64,000 bases of DNA from Gammaproteobacteria bacterium (lineage in GTDB: Bacteria; Pseudomonadota; Gammaproteobacteria; CBDBNL01; JAAOII01): NCBI GenBank assembly GCA_965215225.1, contig OZ244039.1, positions 687,771 to 751,770 on the forward strand, read 5' to 3'. The notes below the pieces were generated by a model, which worked only from the letters and a program-made list of their open reading frames with translations, did no database searches and was not told the origin of the DNA. Of the stretch, positions 9,356-19,351 are shown piece after piece; positions within the stretch are counted from its first letter, which is position 1, and each line of letters starts with the position of its first letter. The position numbers were made by a program, and so were the translations under genes.

Positions 9356-10312
9356 ATGACATCTATGGATCAATTAAAGGGGGTCATTTGGTTGGACGGT
9401 AAGATGGTGGATTGGCAGCAGGCTCAAGTCCATGTTCTCACTCATACTTTACACTATGGGCTCGGGGTTTTTGAAGGGGTTCGTGTTTATCCTACCGCCA
9501 AAGGAAGCGCTATCTTTCGTTTGGGAGAGCATACTAAAAGGTTGTTCGACTCTGCTCATATCCTTAATATGAAGATACCTTTCAGTTATGAGGATATTTT
9601 TCAAGCTCAGGTGGAGTCGGTGAGAGCCAATAAAGTAAAGCAAGGCTATATCCGACCCATGTGCTTTTATGGTAGTGAGGAAATGGGGTTGCGCGCCAAG
9701 AATCTGACCGTTCGGACTATGATAGCAGCTTGGGAATGGCCTTCTTATATGTCGCCTGAAGCACTAAAGAACGGTATTAAGGTGCGCACTTCTTCTTATA
9801 CCCGCCATCATGTCAATATTACTATGTGTAAAGCCAAGTCCAATGGTAATTACATCAATTCCATTCTTGCTCTTGAGGAGGCTCAGGCCTGTGGTTGCAC
9901 TGAGGCGCTTATGCTTGATAACGAGGGTTATGTGGCGGAAGGAACTGGCGAGAATGTGTTTATGGTAATTGATGGCGCCCTTCACACCCCGACTCTTACC
10001 TCTTGTCTTAATGGGATTACGCGGCGGACCATCATTGCCCTGGCTAAGGATCTGAACATAGAGTGTGTTGAAAGACAGATTACTCGTGATGAGCTCTATA
10101 TTGCTGACGAAGCCTTCTTTTGCGGGACAGCTGCCGAGGTGGTTCCTATTCATAGCTTAGATGGTCGCACTATCGGCAATGGCAAATGCGGTCAGCTCAC
10201 CAGAAGGCTACAAAGTCTTTACTTCGATTGTGTGATGGGCAAACAGTCTCAGTATGAAAGCTGGCTAACCTATGTAGATGCAGATAAGGCAGCTTATTCT
10301 AAGCAGGGTTAA
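9356..10312 (+). CDS. ilvE: Branched-chain amino acid aminotransferase (class IV PLP enzyme)
   Basis: WLDGKMVDWQQAQVHVLTHTLHYGLGVFEGVRVY.., ..ADEAFFCGTAAEV..; start chosen at MTSMDQ (9356) just after argG stop. Confidence 0.75.
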   Translation: MTSMDQLKGVIWLDGKMVDWQQAQVHVLTHTLHYGLGVFEGVRVYPTAKGSAIFRLGEHTKRLFDSAHILNMKIPFSYEDIFQAQVESVRANKVKQGYIRPMCFYGSEEMGLRAKNLTVRTMIAAWEWPSYMSPEALKNGIKVRTSSYTRHHVNITMCKAKSNGNYINSILALEEAQACGCTEALMLDNEGYVAEGTGENVFMVIDGALHTPTLTSCLNGITRRTIIALAKDLNIECVERQITRDELYIADEAFFCGTAAEVVPIHSLDGRTIGNGKCGQLTRRLQSLYFDCVMGKQSQYESWLTYVDADKAAYSKQG

Positions 10313-10595
10313 GGATCGCTTTAACCCGCTCCATTATGAACTGGTTAATGAGAGCAATCAGCATCTTAGTGGTCGGCAAAATGGTCACGCTGAGACTCAC
10401 TTTAAGCTGGTTGTGGTGAGCGAGAGCTTTTCCTCTTTGAGTCCTATTGAACGCCATAGAGAAGTCTATAGGCTATTAGATGATCTGCTTGCTAAACAGG
10501 TTCATGCTCTTTCATTGCATCTCTTCTCTCCATCTGAGTGGAAAAATACTGTTCCCACTTCTCCACCTTGCGCCCATCAGCCAAAGGAGGCTTGA
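10278..10595 (+). CDS. BolA family transcriptional regulator / stress-morphogene protein
   Basis: HYELVNESNQHLSGRQNGHAETHFKLVVVSESFSSLSPIERHREVYRLLDDLLAKQVHALSLH matches BolA fold signature; overlaps ilvE 3' end. Confidence 0.65.
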   Translation: MQIRQLILSRVKDRFNPLHYELVNESNQHLSGRQNGHAETHFKLVVVSESFSSLSPIERHREVYRLLDDLLAKQVHALSLHLFSPSEWKNTVPTSPPCAHQPKEA

Positions 10596-10611
10596 TATTG
10601 CTTCCCTCATA

Positions 10612-10743
10612 TTCGCTCTGATATGAAGAAGAAAGTCTTGTGTTCTTGGGATAGTATTAAGGGTCATAAACCCGTTCCCTCATATTCGCTCTGATATGAA
10701 GAAGAAAGTCTTGTGTTCTTGGGATAGTATTAAGGACCGCGAA
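10612..10743 (+). repeat. 66-bp direct tandem duplication encompassing the start codon region of the downstream gene
   Basis: ccctcatattcgctctgatatgaagaagaaagtcttgtgttcttgggatagtattaagg occurs twice (from ~10612 and ~10678); first copy gives a 24-codon dead-end ORF, second copy starts the real CDS. Confidence 0.8.
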
Positions 10744-12312
10744 CCCCTTCCCTTCCTAGTAGCCAATGTGGATATCATGGCTATTCGTTATGATGACAAG
10801 GTTTCAGTTCTCTATGGCAGATGCTTGCACCGCGGCGCTATGTTGGTAGATGGTTCTATTGATGGGGATAATATTGTCTGTGGGGTTCACGGTTGGGATT
10901 TTCGTTATGATACTGGCATTAGTTCTTACAACAAGAAAGAAAGGCTACACAAGTTTACCGCTGGAGTAGAGGACGGCAAACTATGGGTGGATGAGGATGA
11001 GATTGCAGCCTGGGAACATACTAATCCCCAGCCCTATAAGAGAACTGAATATCTAGGGCAATATGCAGACTATAGCAGCAAGGAACTTAGGTCTGCCGAA
11101 CCCCATAATAAAGCCATTCAGAATCTTGCCAAACATGGCCTACAAGGGATGCACGGTGAGATGACGGCTATGGGCGTGCCATGGGACCAGCTGCCCAGAT
11201 GGGATGACATCCAATTCATCACTGCCCAGCTGCACCGGCTACCTCTCTTAGACCAGGATAAGGTTGGCACAGAGCTAATCATAGGAAAGACAGCTAAGAA
11301 GCCATTGGTATTAAAGATTCCCCTGCTGGTTTCGGACATGAGCTTTGGCGCCCTCTCCGCTGAGGCGAAAGAAGCCTTAGCCACGGGCGCCGAACTGGCG
11401 GGCACTGGCATATGCAGTGGTGAGGGTGGAATGTTACCCCAAGAGAAGAAGGCAAATTCGCGCTATTTCTACGAGCTGGCTTCTGCTCGTTTCGGTTTTT
11501 CTATGGCTAAGGTCAAGCAATGCCAAGCCTTCCATTTCAAAGGGGGGCAGGCTGCCAAGACCGGCACCGGCGGCCATCTTTCTGGTAACAAGGTCACTGA
11601 GGAGATTGCCAAGGTGAGAGGTCTTAAGAAGGGCAGTGCCGCTATCTCTCCATCTCGTTTCCCCGACTGGACTTCTCTTTCTCAGCTACGCGATTTTGCC
11701 GCTCAGGTCAGTGAGGAGACAGGTGGCATTCCTATTGGCTATAAGCTCTCAGCCCAGCATATAGAGAAGGATATAGATGCGGCTCTGGATATAGGAGTTC
11801 ACTATATTATCTTGGATGGCAGAGGAGGAGCGACTGGCGCCGCGCCTGTTATCTTTCGCGACAATATTTCCGTGCCTACCATCCCTGCCTTGGCTCGCGC
11901 TAGGCGTCATCTTGATCTCTTAGGCCGCTCGGACCTCACGCTTATTATCACCGGTGGGCTGAGAACCCCAGCTGATTTTGCTAAGGCTCTAGCCCTGGGT
12001 GCAGATGGCATTGCCCTATCCAATGCCGCCATTCAAGCCATTGGTTGTCTTGGTATGAGAGCCTGTCATACCAATAATTGTCCGGTCGGCATAGCAACTC
12101 AGAGAAAGGATCTGCGTGCCCGTCTCATAGTCAAGGAATCGGCTAAGCGGTTGGCAAGCTTCTTTGATGCATCGGTCAAGCTCATGCAGGTTATGGCACG
12201 CGCCTGTGGTCATGAGCATCTCAATCAATTCAACTCTGCCGACCTTACTAGCTTCAATCGCGACATAGTCGATTTGACTGGCATAGCCTATGGAGGAGTG
12301 GCTCGGGCTTAG
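10696..12312 (+). CDS. Rieske [2Fe-2S] domain fused to glutamate-synthase-like FMN-binding domain (GltB domain-2 / COG0069 family) oxidoreductase
   Basis: N-terminal CLHRG..CGVHGW Rieske box; central ..VSDMSFGALS..GEGG.. and ..HYIILDGRGGATGAAP.. motifs of GltS FMN domain. Confidence 0.65.
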   Translation: MKKKVLCSWDSIKDREPLPFLVANVDIMAIRYDDKVSVLYGRCLHRGAMLVDGSIDGDNIVCGVHGWDFRYDTGISSYNKKERLHKFTAGVEDGKLWVDEDEIAAWEHTNPQPYKRTEYLGQYADYSSKELRSAEPHNKAIQNLAKHGLQGMHGEMTAMGVPWDQLPRWDDIQFITAQLHRLPLLDQDKVGTELIIGKTAKKPLVLKIPLLVSDMSFGALSAEAKEALATGAELAGTGICSGEGGMLPQEKKANSRYFYELASARFGFSMAKVKQCQAFHFKGGQAAKTGTGGHLSGNKVTEEIAKVRGLKKGSAAISPSRFPDWTSLSQLRDFAAQVSEETGGIPIGYKLSAQHIEKDIDAALDIGVHYIILDGRGGATGAAPVIFRDNISVPTIPALARARRHLDLLGRSDLTLIITGGLRTPADFAKALALGADGIALSNAAIQAIGCLGMRACHTNNCPVGIATQRKDLRARLIVKESAKRLASFFDASVKLMQVMARACGHEHLNQFNSADLTSFNRDIVDLTGIAYGGVARA

Positions 12313-12374
12313 GTGACTTCATTGATGGCAGATTAATTTATGTCTTCAGTATTCACTTTTGCGGGACAAACTAT

Positions 12375-13244
12375 ATGAAGACAGGGCTTAAATATAACAA
12401 CCGACTAGTCAAAGGTGATAGCCTTTCTACATTAAGAAAGATGCCAAACGAGATGGTAGATCTAGGCATAACTTCGCCTCCTTATAACAAACAAGAAAAG
12501 AATAATGGGAAATTAGTTAGTAAGGTGATATATGAGGACTATCAAGACAAGCTACCAGAACCAGAATATCAAAGCAATCAAGTTGAAGTTCTGAATGAGA
12601 TTTTTAGAGTTACTAAAGAGGGAGGCTCCTTTTTCTATAATCATAAGACTAGGTGGGTAGATGGTGAGATGTTTCACCCTATGGATTGGTTAAGAAAGAC
12701 AGAATGGGTGGTGAGACAGGAAATAATATGGGATAGGACTCTTGCTGGCAATATAAGGGGATGGCGGTTCTGGCAGGTAGAGGAGAGAATATACTGGTTG
12801 TATAAACCGGTTGCGGGCAATAAGAAGGGAGCCGAGTTGGATTCTAAGGACGCAAAACTGACCTCAATTTGGCGGGCAGTGCCTGAGAACAAGAACCCTC
12901 ATCCAGCTCCTTTTCCTGTATGGCTACCGGCAAGGATCATCTTGGCAATCTTAACGGAAGGAAAGGGAGGATTGGTTCTAGACCCATATATTGGCAGTGG
13001 CACTACTGCGGTGGCTGCTAAGAGCCTGGGACACAATTACTTAGGGATAGAAATTAGTCAAGCATATCTCGACTATGCTCGAACAAGGTTGGAAAACTAT
13101 CTCAGCGAGACCAAAAAAATAGAGGAGGAAAAAGCGCTCCACTTGGTTAAAAAGACATCTAAGCAAAGACAAGCAGACCATAGCTCCAAGCCAGCAAAAC
13201 TCGCAGACCCTCCTCAAAAGCTGGGTTTATTCAGTAGCATCTAA
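12375..13244 (+). CDS. DNA methyltransferase, N-4/N-6 family (PF01555-like; SPPY motif suggests N4-cytosine or N6-adenine beta-class); no cognate endonuclease seen
   Basis: LGITSPPYNKQ catalytic motif, C-terminal AdoMet motif LVLDPYIGSGTTAVAAKSLGHNYLGIEIS; Lys-rich C-terminal tail. Confidence 0.75.
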   Translation: MKTGLKYNNRLVKGDSLSTLRKMPNEMVDLGITSPPYNKQEKNNGKLVSKVIYEDYQDKLPEPEYQSNQVEVLNEIFRVTKEGGSFFYNHKTRWVDGEMFHPMDWLRKTEWVVRQEIIWDRTLAGNIRGWRFWQVEERIYWLYKPVAGNKKGAELDSKDAKLTSIWRAVPENKNPHPAPFPVWLPARIILAILTEGKGGLVLDPYIGSGTTAVAAKSLGHNYLGIEISQAYLDYARTRLENYLSETKKIEEEKALHLVKKTSKQRQADHSSKPAKLADPPQKLGLFSSI

Positions 13245-13396
13245 ATTTCAATAGCCTGAAGAGGATTGAAAGCTTTTTCCATTTGAGTGCCCAGGACTTG
13301 ACTTCTAGGTGCTTGTCAAATAGGGTTAAGAGATGGCTTATAATGAGGCTTGTGATGACAACTGATATTTCTGATATCTTCTTATCCTTAGCATTA

Positions 13397-13469
<73 letters not shown>

Positions 13470-13491
13470 ATGACTCATCCGCGATCTATTA

Positions 13492-15180
13492 ATGGAGCGA
13501 ATTCCCTTTATTATAGGTTATGGCGGCATAAATGCTGCTGGTCTTTCTTCTACTGATCAAGGCTATCTTAATATGGTGGCTGCTGAGTTGAGTGAAGACA
13601 AACAAAGGTCGCTCATTGCTTCCTTGTGTGCTATTCGTAATCAAAGAGAGCCCACTGAACTGGCTTCTATGAGCGGCGATTCTCTCCAAGCGACCCTAGC
13701 CACCCAACAAGAGCATTTTTTTATCCGCCAGATACCGCCAGATCTTTTTGATACTAAGACAGCTCCTTATTATCGTCTTAACGGCAAGGAAGAGCCATTT
13801 CCAGTTAGCTTTGCTGCAACCCTACCAGATGGCTTTGAGCTGAGCAATTTGTATAATTCACTCCACCATCCGCGCGGCCTTCAACTGGCTGTGTTTGCCG
13901 CCAATGACGCCCTAGGAGTTGCAGGTCTTGACAGCAAGAGGATTCATCAGGTGATTGAACCTCATAGATGCGGGGTATATGCAGGTAGCGCCCTGGGTCA
14001 GCTGGATCAAGATTCGATGGAGGGGATGTTAACTGCGGCTCTCAGAAAGAAGAAGACCATTACTAAGCAGCTTCCTTTCAGCTATCCTCAGATGGCGGCC
14101 GACTTTGTCAATGCCTATGTGCTTAAGAATGTGGGTCAGACGGGCAATCAGTGTGGTGCTTGTGCAACCTTTCTCTATAACCTGAGCCATGCAGTCGCGC
14201 AAATTAAGTCTGGAGAGATAGAGTTGGCATTAGTGGGGGCAAGTGAGGCGCCTATAATGCCTCAGGTCATAACGGCTTTCTATAATATGGGTGCTCTGAC
14301 TTCGGATCAAAAGATAGGTTCATTGAACCCTCGTTATGCCAGCATTCCTTTTGGCGACAATCATGGATTTGTTATGGCGGAAGCAGCCCAGTTTATTGTT
14401 TTAGCCTCGACCGAGGCTGCCTATAATTTAGGCGCTACTATCTATGGGATTGTGTCGGATGTATTCATTAGCGCCGATGGTGGCAAGCATTCTATATCGG
14501 CTCCTGGGCCGGGCAACTATGTCACGGTTGGCAGAGCTGCCAGCGCTTTAGAGAATCTCTATGGCTCTGAGGTCCTGAGACACAGGTCCTATGTGCAAGC
14601 CCATGGCACCTCTACCCCTCAAAATCGCATCACCGAGTCTCACATTTTCTCTTCTGTGGCTGGTGCCTTTGGCATAGACGAATGGAACATAGTGGCAATT
14701 AAATCCTATATAGGTCACTCTCAAGCTGCGGCCGGTGGCGATCAGCTAGTCAATAGCCTTTCTTTCTGGCGACATGGAATATTGCCCGGTATTGAAACCC
14801 TGAACCAGCTTGCTGAAGATGTGGTGACCAAGAATCTGTGCTTCAATCTTACTCATAAGGAAATTGGCATAGATGGGATGGATGCAGTCCTGCTAAATGC
14901 CAAAGGATTTGGCGGCAATAATGCCACTGCGGTTATTTCCTCTCCTAAGCTGGCGCAGGCTCTTTTTGTCAAGCAACTAGGTAGTAAGGCACTAGCGGCA
15001 AACCATAAGGCGATAGACCAGACTGAGAGGAGGCAAGAAGAATATTTGGCGAAGGCGAATGAGGGTAAGTTTAATATTCGCTATGATTTTGATAATGCAG
15101 TTGTTGGAACAGAGGATGTGAAGCTGAGCCGCTCAGGCGTGCGAATTAAGGACTATCCCGAAATTCGCTTTGACAACTAG
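13492..15180 (+). CDS. Beta-ketoacyl synthase family protein (KS domain with ~130-aa N-terminal extension)
   Basis: Cys-His-His triad context: GNQCGACATF, HGTSTPQNRITE, KSYIGHSQAAAG; 562 aa. Confidence 0.65.
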   Translation: MERIPFIIGYGGINAAGLSSTDQGYLNMVAAELSEDKQRSLIASLCAIRNQREPTELASMSGDSLQATLATQQEHFFIRQIPPDLFDTKTAPYYRLNGKEEPFPVSFAATLPDGFELSNLYNSLHHPRGLQLAVFAANDALGVAGLDSKRIHQVIEPHRCGVYAGSALGQLDQDSMEGMLTAALRKKKTITKQLPFSYPQMAADFVNAYVLKNVGQTGNQCGACATFLYNLSHAVAQIKSGEIELALVGASEAPIMPQVITAFYNMGALTSDQKIGSLNPRYASIPFGDNHGFVMAEAAQFIVLASTEAAYNLGATIYGIVSDVFISADGGKHSISAPGPGNYVTVGRAASALENLYGSEVLRHRSYVQAHGTSTPQNRITESHIFSSVAGAFGIDEWNIVAIKSYIGHSQAAAGGDQLVNSLSFWRHGILPGIETLNQLAEDVVTKNLCFNLTHKEIGIDGMDAVLLNAKGFGGNNATAVISSPKLAQALFVKQLGSKALAANHKAIDQTERRQEEYLAKANEGKFNIRYDFDNAVVGTEDVKLSRSGVRIKDYPEIRFDN

Positions 15181-16654
15181 TTTTCTCAGCTCTTTTAGAC
15201 CTATGAGGCTTTCCTTTATCTTTCGGGTAATTGGTATACTGCTTACACTTTTTTGTCTCTCTTTGGTCATTCCTTTGTTATTGTCTTTCTACTATGATGA
15301 TGGCGCCTATGTGGGATTCTCTCTCACCATACTGATTACTCTGATTGTTGGGATTTTGTTTTGGGCTTTGTCCGATAGGCATCAGCAGTCCTTGCGCACC
15401 AGAGACGGCTTGTTGCTTACTATCTTCTCTTGGCTATCATTGAGTTTCTTTGCCGCCTTGCCATTTGTCTTCGTGACCGATTCGCTAAGCCCGATTGACG
15501 CTTGGTTTGAGTCTATGTCTGGCCTCACTACCACTGGTTCTACTGTTATTAAGGATATTAGCTCACTTCCGCCCGCTTTGTTGTTCTATCGCCAATTTCT
15601 TCAGTGGATAGGGGGCATGGGAATCATTCTGCTTGCTGTTGCTATATTGCCGATTCTTGGAGTTGGTGGTATGCAGCTATATAGGTCTGAGATACCTGGA
15701 CCTGTGAAGGACAATAAGCTCACGCCGCGCATAACCGAGACTGCTAAATTCCTTTGGCTGATTTATATAGTCTTGACCCTGTTGTGTGCCACAGCCTATA
15801 AATTGGCGGGCATGTCCTTTTTCGATGCTATAGCCCATAGCTTTTCCACTGTTTCTATCGGAGGTTTTTCTACTTACAATGATAGCTTCCATCACTTTAA
15901 CAACAATGGCTATAACAGTGTGTTGATTCAGTGGATTGCCATTGTCTTTATGATGCTCTCAGCAATGAATTTTGCCCTTCACTTCTATGCTTGGCGAAAA
16001 AAGAGTGTTATGCCCTATGTTAAGGATTCAGAATGCCTCTTCTTCTTTGCTTGGATAGGTCTGATACTCTTCCTTATTTTGCTCTTCACTCTTTTTCATT
16101 TGGATAGCCTTGCTTCAGTAACCGCTGCTATTTTTCAAGGCCTATCTATTGTGACAACTACGGGCTTTACCCTTAGTGACTATAATGGATTTCCCTTTAA
16201 TCTGCTGTTCTTCCTCTTTGTCTTTGCCATGGTGGGCGCTTGCACTGGGTCGGCTGGCGGTGGAGTAAAGGTGATTCGCTTTCTATTGATTATTAAGCAA
16301 GGATATAGAGAGTGTAAAAGAGTAGTCCATCCCCATGGCGTGTTTAATGTTCGGTTGCGCCGGACCATAGTATCAGACCGGATACTGGAAGCGGTGTGGG
16401 GTTTTGGCTCGGTCTATCTTATTGTGTTCTTTGTGGTTATGTCTATCCTGTTACTACTCGGGGTTGATCATCTGACCGCTTGGTCGGCGACCCTTGCAAC
16501 CATCAATAATCTTGGTCCTGGTCTGGGTAGTGTGGCAGATAACTATGCCAATATGGAGCCGGTCATTAAGCTGGTGCTCGCCATTGCGATGCTGGTAGGG
16601 AGGTTGGAAGTATTTACTGTCGCCGTCCTGCTATTGCCGATTACCTGGCGGTAA
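15170..16654 (+). CDS. trkH: TrkH/KtrB family potassium uptake transporter
   Basis: Polytopic membrane protein with repeated pore-loop segments (..GLTTTGSTV.., ..SIVTTTGFTL.., ..GSAGGGVKV..) typical of TrkH; alternative start at Met 15203. Confidence 0.75.
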   Translation: MTTSFLSSFRPMRLSFIFRVIGILLTLFCLSLVIPLLLSFYYDDGAYVGFSLTILITLIVGILFWALSDRHQQSLRTRDGLLLTIFSWLSLSFFAALPFVFVTDSLSPIDAWFESMSGLTTTGSTVIKDISSLPPALLFYRQFLQWIGGMGIILLAVAILPILGVGGMQLYRSEIPGPVKDNKLTPRITETAKFLWLIYIVLTLLCATAYKLAGMSFFDAIAHSFSTVSIGGFSTYNDSFHHFNNNGYNSVLIQWIAIVFMMLSAMNFALHFYAWRKKSVMPYVKDSECLFFFAWIGLILFLILLFTLFHLDSLASVTAAIFQGLSIVTTTGFTLSDYNGFPFNLLFFLFVFAMVGACTGSAGGGVKVIRFLLIIKQGYRECKRVVHPHGVFNVRLRRTIVSDRILEAVWGFGSVYLIVFFVVMSILLLLGVDHLTAWSATLATINNLGPGLGSVADNYANMEPVIKLVLAIAMLVGRLEVFTVAVLLLPITWR

Positions 16655-16675
16655 TCTAGCCATTCATAAATTCAA

Positions 16676-16905
16676 GGACTTATATAGTATCTTCCACAAA
16701 TCGATAAATTCCCTTATTTTTTACCTTTCTTTTGACGAGCGTCTGTAAAAGAAAATCGATGAGGCGGTTAAACTTCGCTTCTTCTATTGGCGGAAGGTCT
16801 GACCGTAAATGGTCTCTCTTTTTATGACTTCTTCGCTTCGGGGCTTTCTTTTTCATAATATTCTCTTTTGTGGAAGATTGGATATAATTCCCTAAATTCA
16901 ATTAG
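16676..16905 (-). mobile_element. MITE-like ~220-bp repeat element, copy A (contains 73-aa basic ORF 16680..16901 of doubtful coding status)
   Basis: Reverse complement ~85-90% identical to 30346-30560; element has own terminal inverted repeats (atatccaatcttccacaaa ... tttgtggaagatact). Confidence 0.6.
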
Positions 16906-17786
16906 TCGTATTCTTTCTTGTGTTCGGTGCGATAGAGTATGCGATAAGACCATTGGTATTGAGTGGGGTAAAGGCGGACACATTTTTCTACGCAGCTAGC
17001 CACAGCTTGAACTGATTGCTGAATATCTTTTGAGTAGATGGCTTTGGGGGGCTCATGAAATTCTACTCTATAGTGACCAGGTGAGGTTTGAACCGCGAAT
17101 ACAGCCACAACCCTTGCGTCGGTGCGAAGGCGTAATTGAGCTAATAGACTCGGGCTTGGCATGTCTATGCCAAAGAAGCGAATCATCTGTTGCGCAGTGC
17201 GCATGCCTGGATTTTGATCCGGCAAGATTATGACGTGCTCTTTGCGTTTGAGCGCTCTTAGTAGACAGCGGATGCCGGCCTTGCTGACGGGGACCAGTTG
17301 CATGCCGTTTTGACTTCGATATTGGCGCAATATCTGGTCAAGGTGATTATTATTGAGCGGCTTGTAAAGAGCAGTGCACTTGAACTCCTTGCCTAGATAG
17401 GGCGCCAATATTTCCCAGTTGCCTAGATGAGGAAGGAGAAAGATCACTCCCTTTCCTTGCTCGCCAGCTGCTAGGGCCAGTTCTTTTCCTTTTACCTCAC
17501 TGATGCGCCTTGTCACCCTGTTCTTTTCTCTCATTAGCAGTCGCGGCATCTGTAAGAATAGCTCAATGAGAAAATAGAGGCTCTCAGCCATCCGCCTGCT
17601 CCTCTTTGCTGCGTCTAGTTCTGGCATGAGTATCCTTAGATTGACGTCTATTCGGTGCCTATAGGGATTTGGTCGCTTGATGAGCTGACCAGCTAGGATC
17701 CTCGCGAACCAGCGGCGGAGAAAGACTGGCATATAGGCGAAGATATAAAAAAGAGGCACTTGGACGGCAAGAATAAATTTTCTCAT
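16902..17786 (-). CDS. Lipid A biosynthesis lauroyl/myristoyl acyltransferase (LpxL/HtrB family)
   Basis: HLGNWE (HX4E/D) acyltransferase motif, ~294 aa, family architecture PF03279-like. Confidence 0.7.
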   Translation of the reverse strand: MRKFILAVQVPLFYIFAYMPVFLRRWFARILAGQLIKRPNPYRHRIDVNLRILMPELDAAKRSRRMAESLYFLIELFLQMPRLLMREKNRVTRRISEVKGKELALAAGEQGKGVIFLLPHLGNWEILAPYLGKEFKCTALYKPLNNNHLDQILRQYRSQNGMQLVPVSKAGIRCLLRALKRKEHVIILPDQNPGMRTAQQMIRFFGIDMPSPSLLAQLRLRTDARVVAVFAVQTSPGHYRVEFHEPPKAIYSKDIQQSVQAVASCVEKCVRLYPTQYQWSYRILYRTEHKKEYD

Positions 17787-17832
17787 GGGATTATTTTACT
17801 TGTTGAAAGCAATCCTTTATAATAGGGTGATT

Positions 17833-18612
17833 ATGTTAGTTCTTATCGCACCAGCGAAGAAATTGGAATATCTAGGGCCGGATCTGCCCAATGGCTCTCA
17901 GCCAGAGTTCATCAATCAGACCAAAGAATTGGTTGAAGTCTTGTGTCCTATGGGGGCAAAGCAACTTGCTTCTCTTATGAATATTAGTCAGTCTTTGGCT
18001 GAACTCAATGAGCGCAGATATGCGAATTTTAGCTTTCCTTTTACTTCTACCAATTCTAGACCCGCTGTCTATTCTTTTCAAGGTGATGTCTATAAGGGGT
18101 TCAATGTCAGCGCTCTATCAGATAAATCATTGCTTTGGCTGAATGACCATTTGCGCATTCTCTCGGGTCTTTATGGCTTGTTGCGACCCTTGGATCTGAT
18201 CCAGCCCTATCGACTTGAGATGGGAGTGCCGCTTGCAACCTCCTATGGTAAGAATCTATATGACTTTTGGGGCGATAAGATTACTAAGGCTTTAGTTAAG
18301 CATATGAAAGAAACAGGCCAATCTCATTTAGTTAATCTTGCCTCCAACGAATATTTTCGATCTATCCATTGCGACCTGCTGCCAACCAAGCCCATTCAAC
18401 CGGTCTTCAAAGACTATAAGAACGGAGTTTATAAGTTCATCTATCTTTTTGCGCGGCAGGCAAGAGGAATGATGGCGAGATATATAATTGAAAATCAGAT
18501 TCAAGAACCAGCTGATCTAGCCGACTTCCACTTAGGCGGCTATAGATTCAGTAAAGAGGATTCATCACCCGAGCAACCAGTCTTTTTACGCAAGAGAGAA
18601 GCCATTGCTTAG
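17833..18612 (+). CDS. yaaA: YaaA family peroxide-stress protein (UPF0246/DUF328)
   Basis: MLVLIAPAKK..., ..LSGLYGLLRPLDLIQPYRLEMG.., ..FYARQARGMMARYIIEN.. strongly resembles E. coli YaaA; start moved to Met 17833. Confidence 0.8.
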   Translation: MLVLIAPAKKLEYLGPDLPNGSQPEFINQTKELVEVLCPMGAKQLASLMNISQSLAELNERRYANFSFPFTSTNSRPAVYSFQGDVYKGFNVSALSDKSLLWLNDHLRILSGLYGLLRPLDLIQPYRLEMGVPLATSYGKNLYDFWGDKITKALVKHMKETGQSHLVNLASNEYFRSIHCDLLPTKPIQPVFKDYKNGVYKFIYLFARQARGMMARYIIENQIQEPADLADFHLGGYRFSKEDSSPEQPVFLRKREAIA

Positions 18613-19351
18613 CAAATTTTTAGCTGCAATTCATATCTCGCGGCTGCTGATTTTTTATGGTGGCTACTATTTGATTATTGCTTGTTGGGCTCTGAGTGTT
18701 TTTACTGTTGCAATTTGGCTGCCTTTACGTAGGCGAATATTTTTCTGTTTTGTTTTTTACCAGCTTTACGAGGCTTGGCTGAGGCTTTGTCTTAATATCC
18801 ATATTCATTATGAATATGAAAGCCCCTTGCCGAAAGACGAAAACTATATTATCATGGCAAATCATCAGGCCGAGTGGGAAGCCTTTGCTCTCAGCTGTAT
18901 AAGAAGACCGGCTATTACGGTTCTTAAGCGAGAACTAATGAGTCTGCCGCTCTTTGGTTGGGCTCTGGCTTGGTTTAATCCTATAGTGGTAGATCGCACT
19001 AATTCAATAAGGTCAATGAAGCGGATCTATCAGCAGGGCAAGAAATACCTGAGACAAGGCTATAATCTAGTGATATTTCCTCAGGGCGGCAGAATTCCAC
19101 CACCTCATCTCGAAAAGTTCTATCCTGGTTCAGAAAGATTAGCATTTGAGACGGGCAAATCCATTTTGTTAATAGCTCATAATAGCGGTCAGAACATGCC
19201 CAAATATTTTGTCGGCGGCTATGCTGGCACTATCCATGTTAAGGTAGCAGCCCCCATCAGTCCTCATAACCATACTAAGAATTCGCTCCATCGGCAGCTA
19301 ATAGAAACTATGGAGCGGATGATGAAAGAAGTACATAGTTTTGCCAAGTGA
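18605..19351 (+). CDS. 1-acyl-sn-glycerol-3-phosphate (lysophospholipid) acyltransferase, PlsC family
   Basis: IIMANHQAEWE (HX4D/E-like) and VIFPQGGR motifs of glycerolipid acyltransferases; N-terminal TM segments. Confidence 0.6.
   Translation: MLSKFLAAIHISRLLIFYGGYYLIIACWALSVFTVAIWLPLRRRIFFCFVFYQLYEAWLRLCLNIHIHYEYESPLPKDENYIIMANHQAEWEAFALSCIRRPAITVLKRELMSLPLFGWALAWFNPIVVDRTNSIRSMKRIYQQGKKYLRQGYNLVIFPQGGRIPPPHLEKFYPGSERLAFETGKSILLIAHNSGQNMPKYFVGGYAGTIHVKVAAPISPHNHTKNSLHRQLIETMERMMKEVHSFAK

Noticed and set aside
8575-10153. Short antisense/alternate ORFs within argG and ilvE (8575..8787 -, 8585..8821 +, 8721..8918 -, 9028..9288 -, 9449..9643 -, 9764..10153 -)
   Set aside because: Embedded in well-conserved CDSs on the + strand; no support.
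16680-16901. 73-aa basic ORF (MNLGNYIQSSTKENIMKKKAPKRRSHKKRDH...) as an independent gene
   Set aside because: Lies wholly within the MITE-like repeat whose second copy has the frame disrupted. Kept only as a note within the mobile-element feature.
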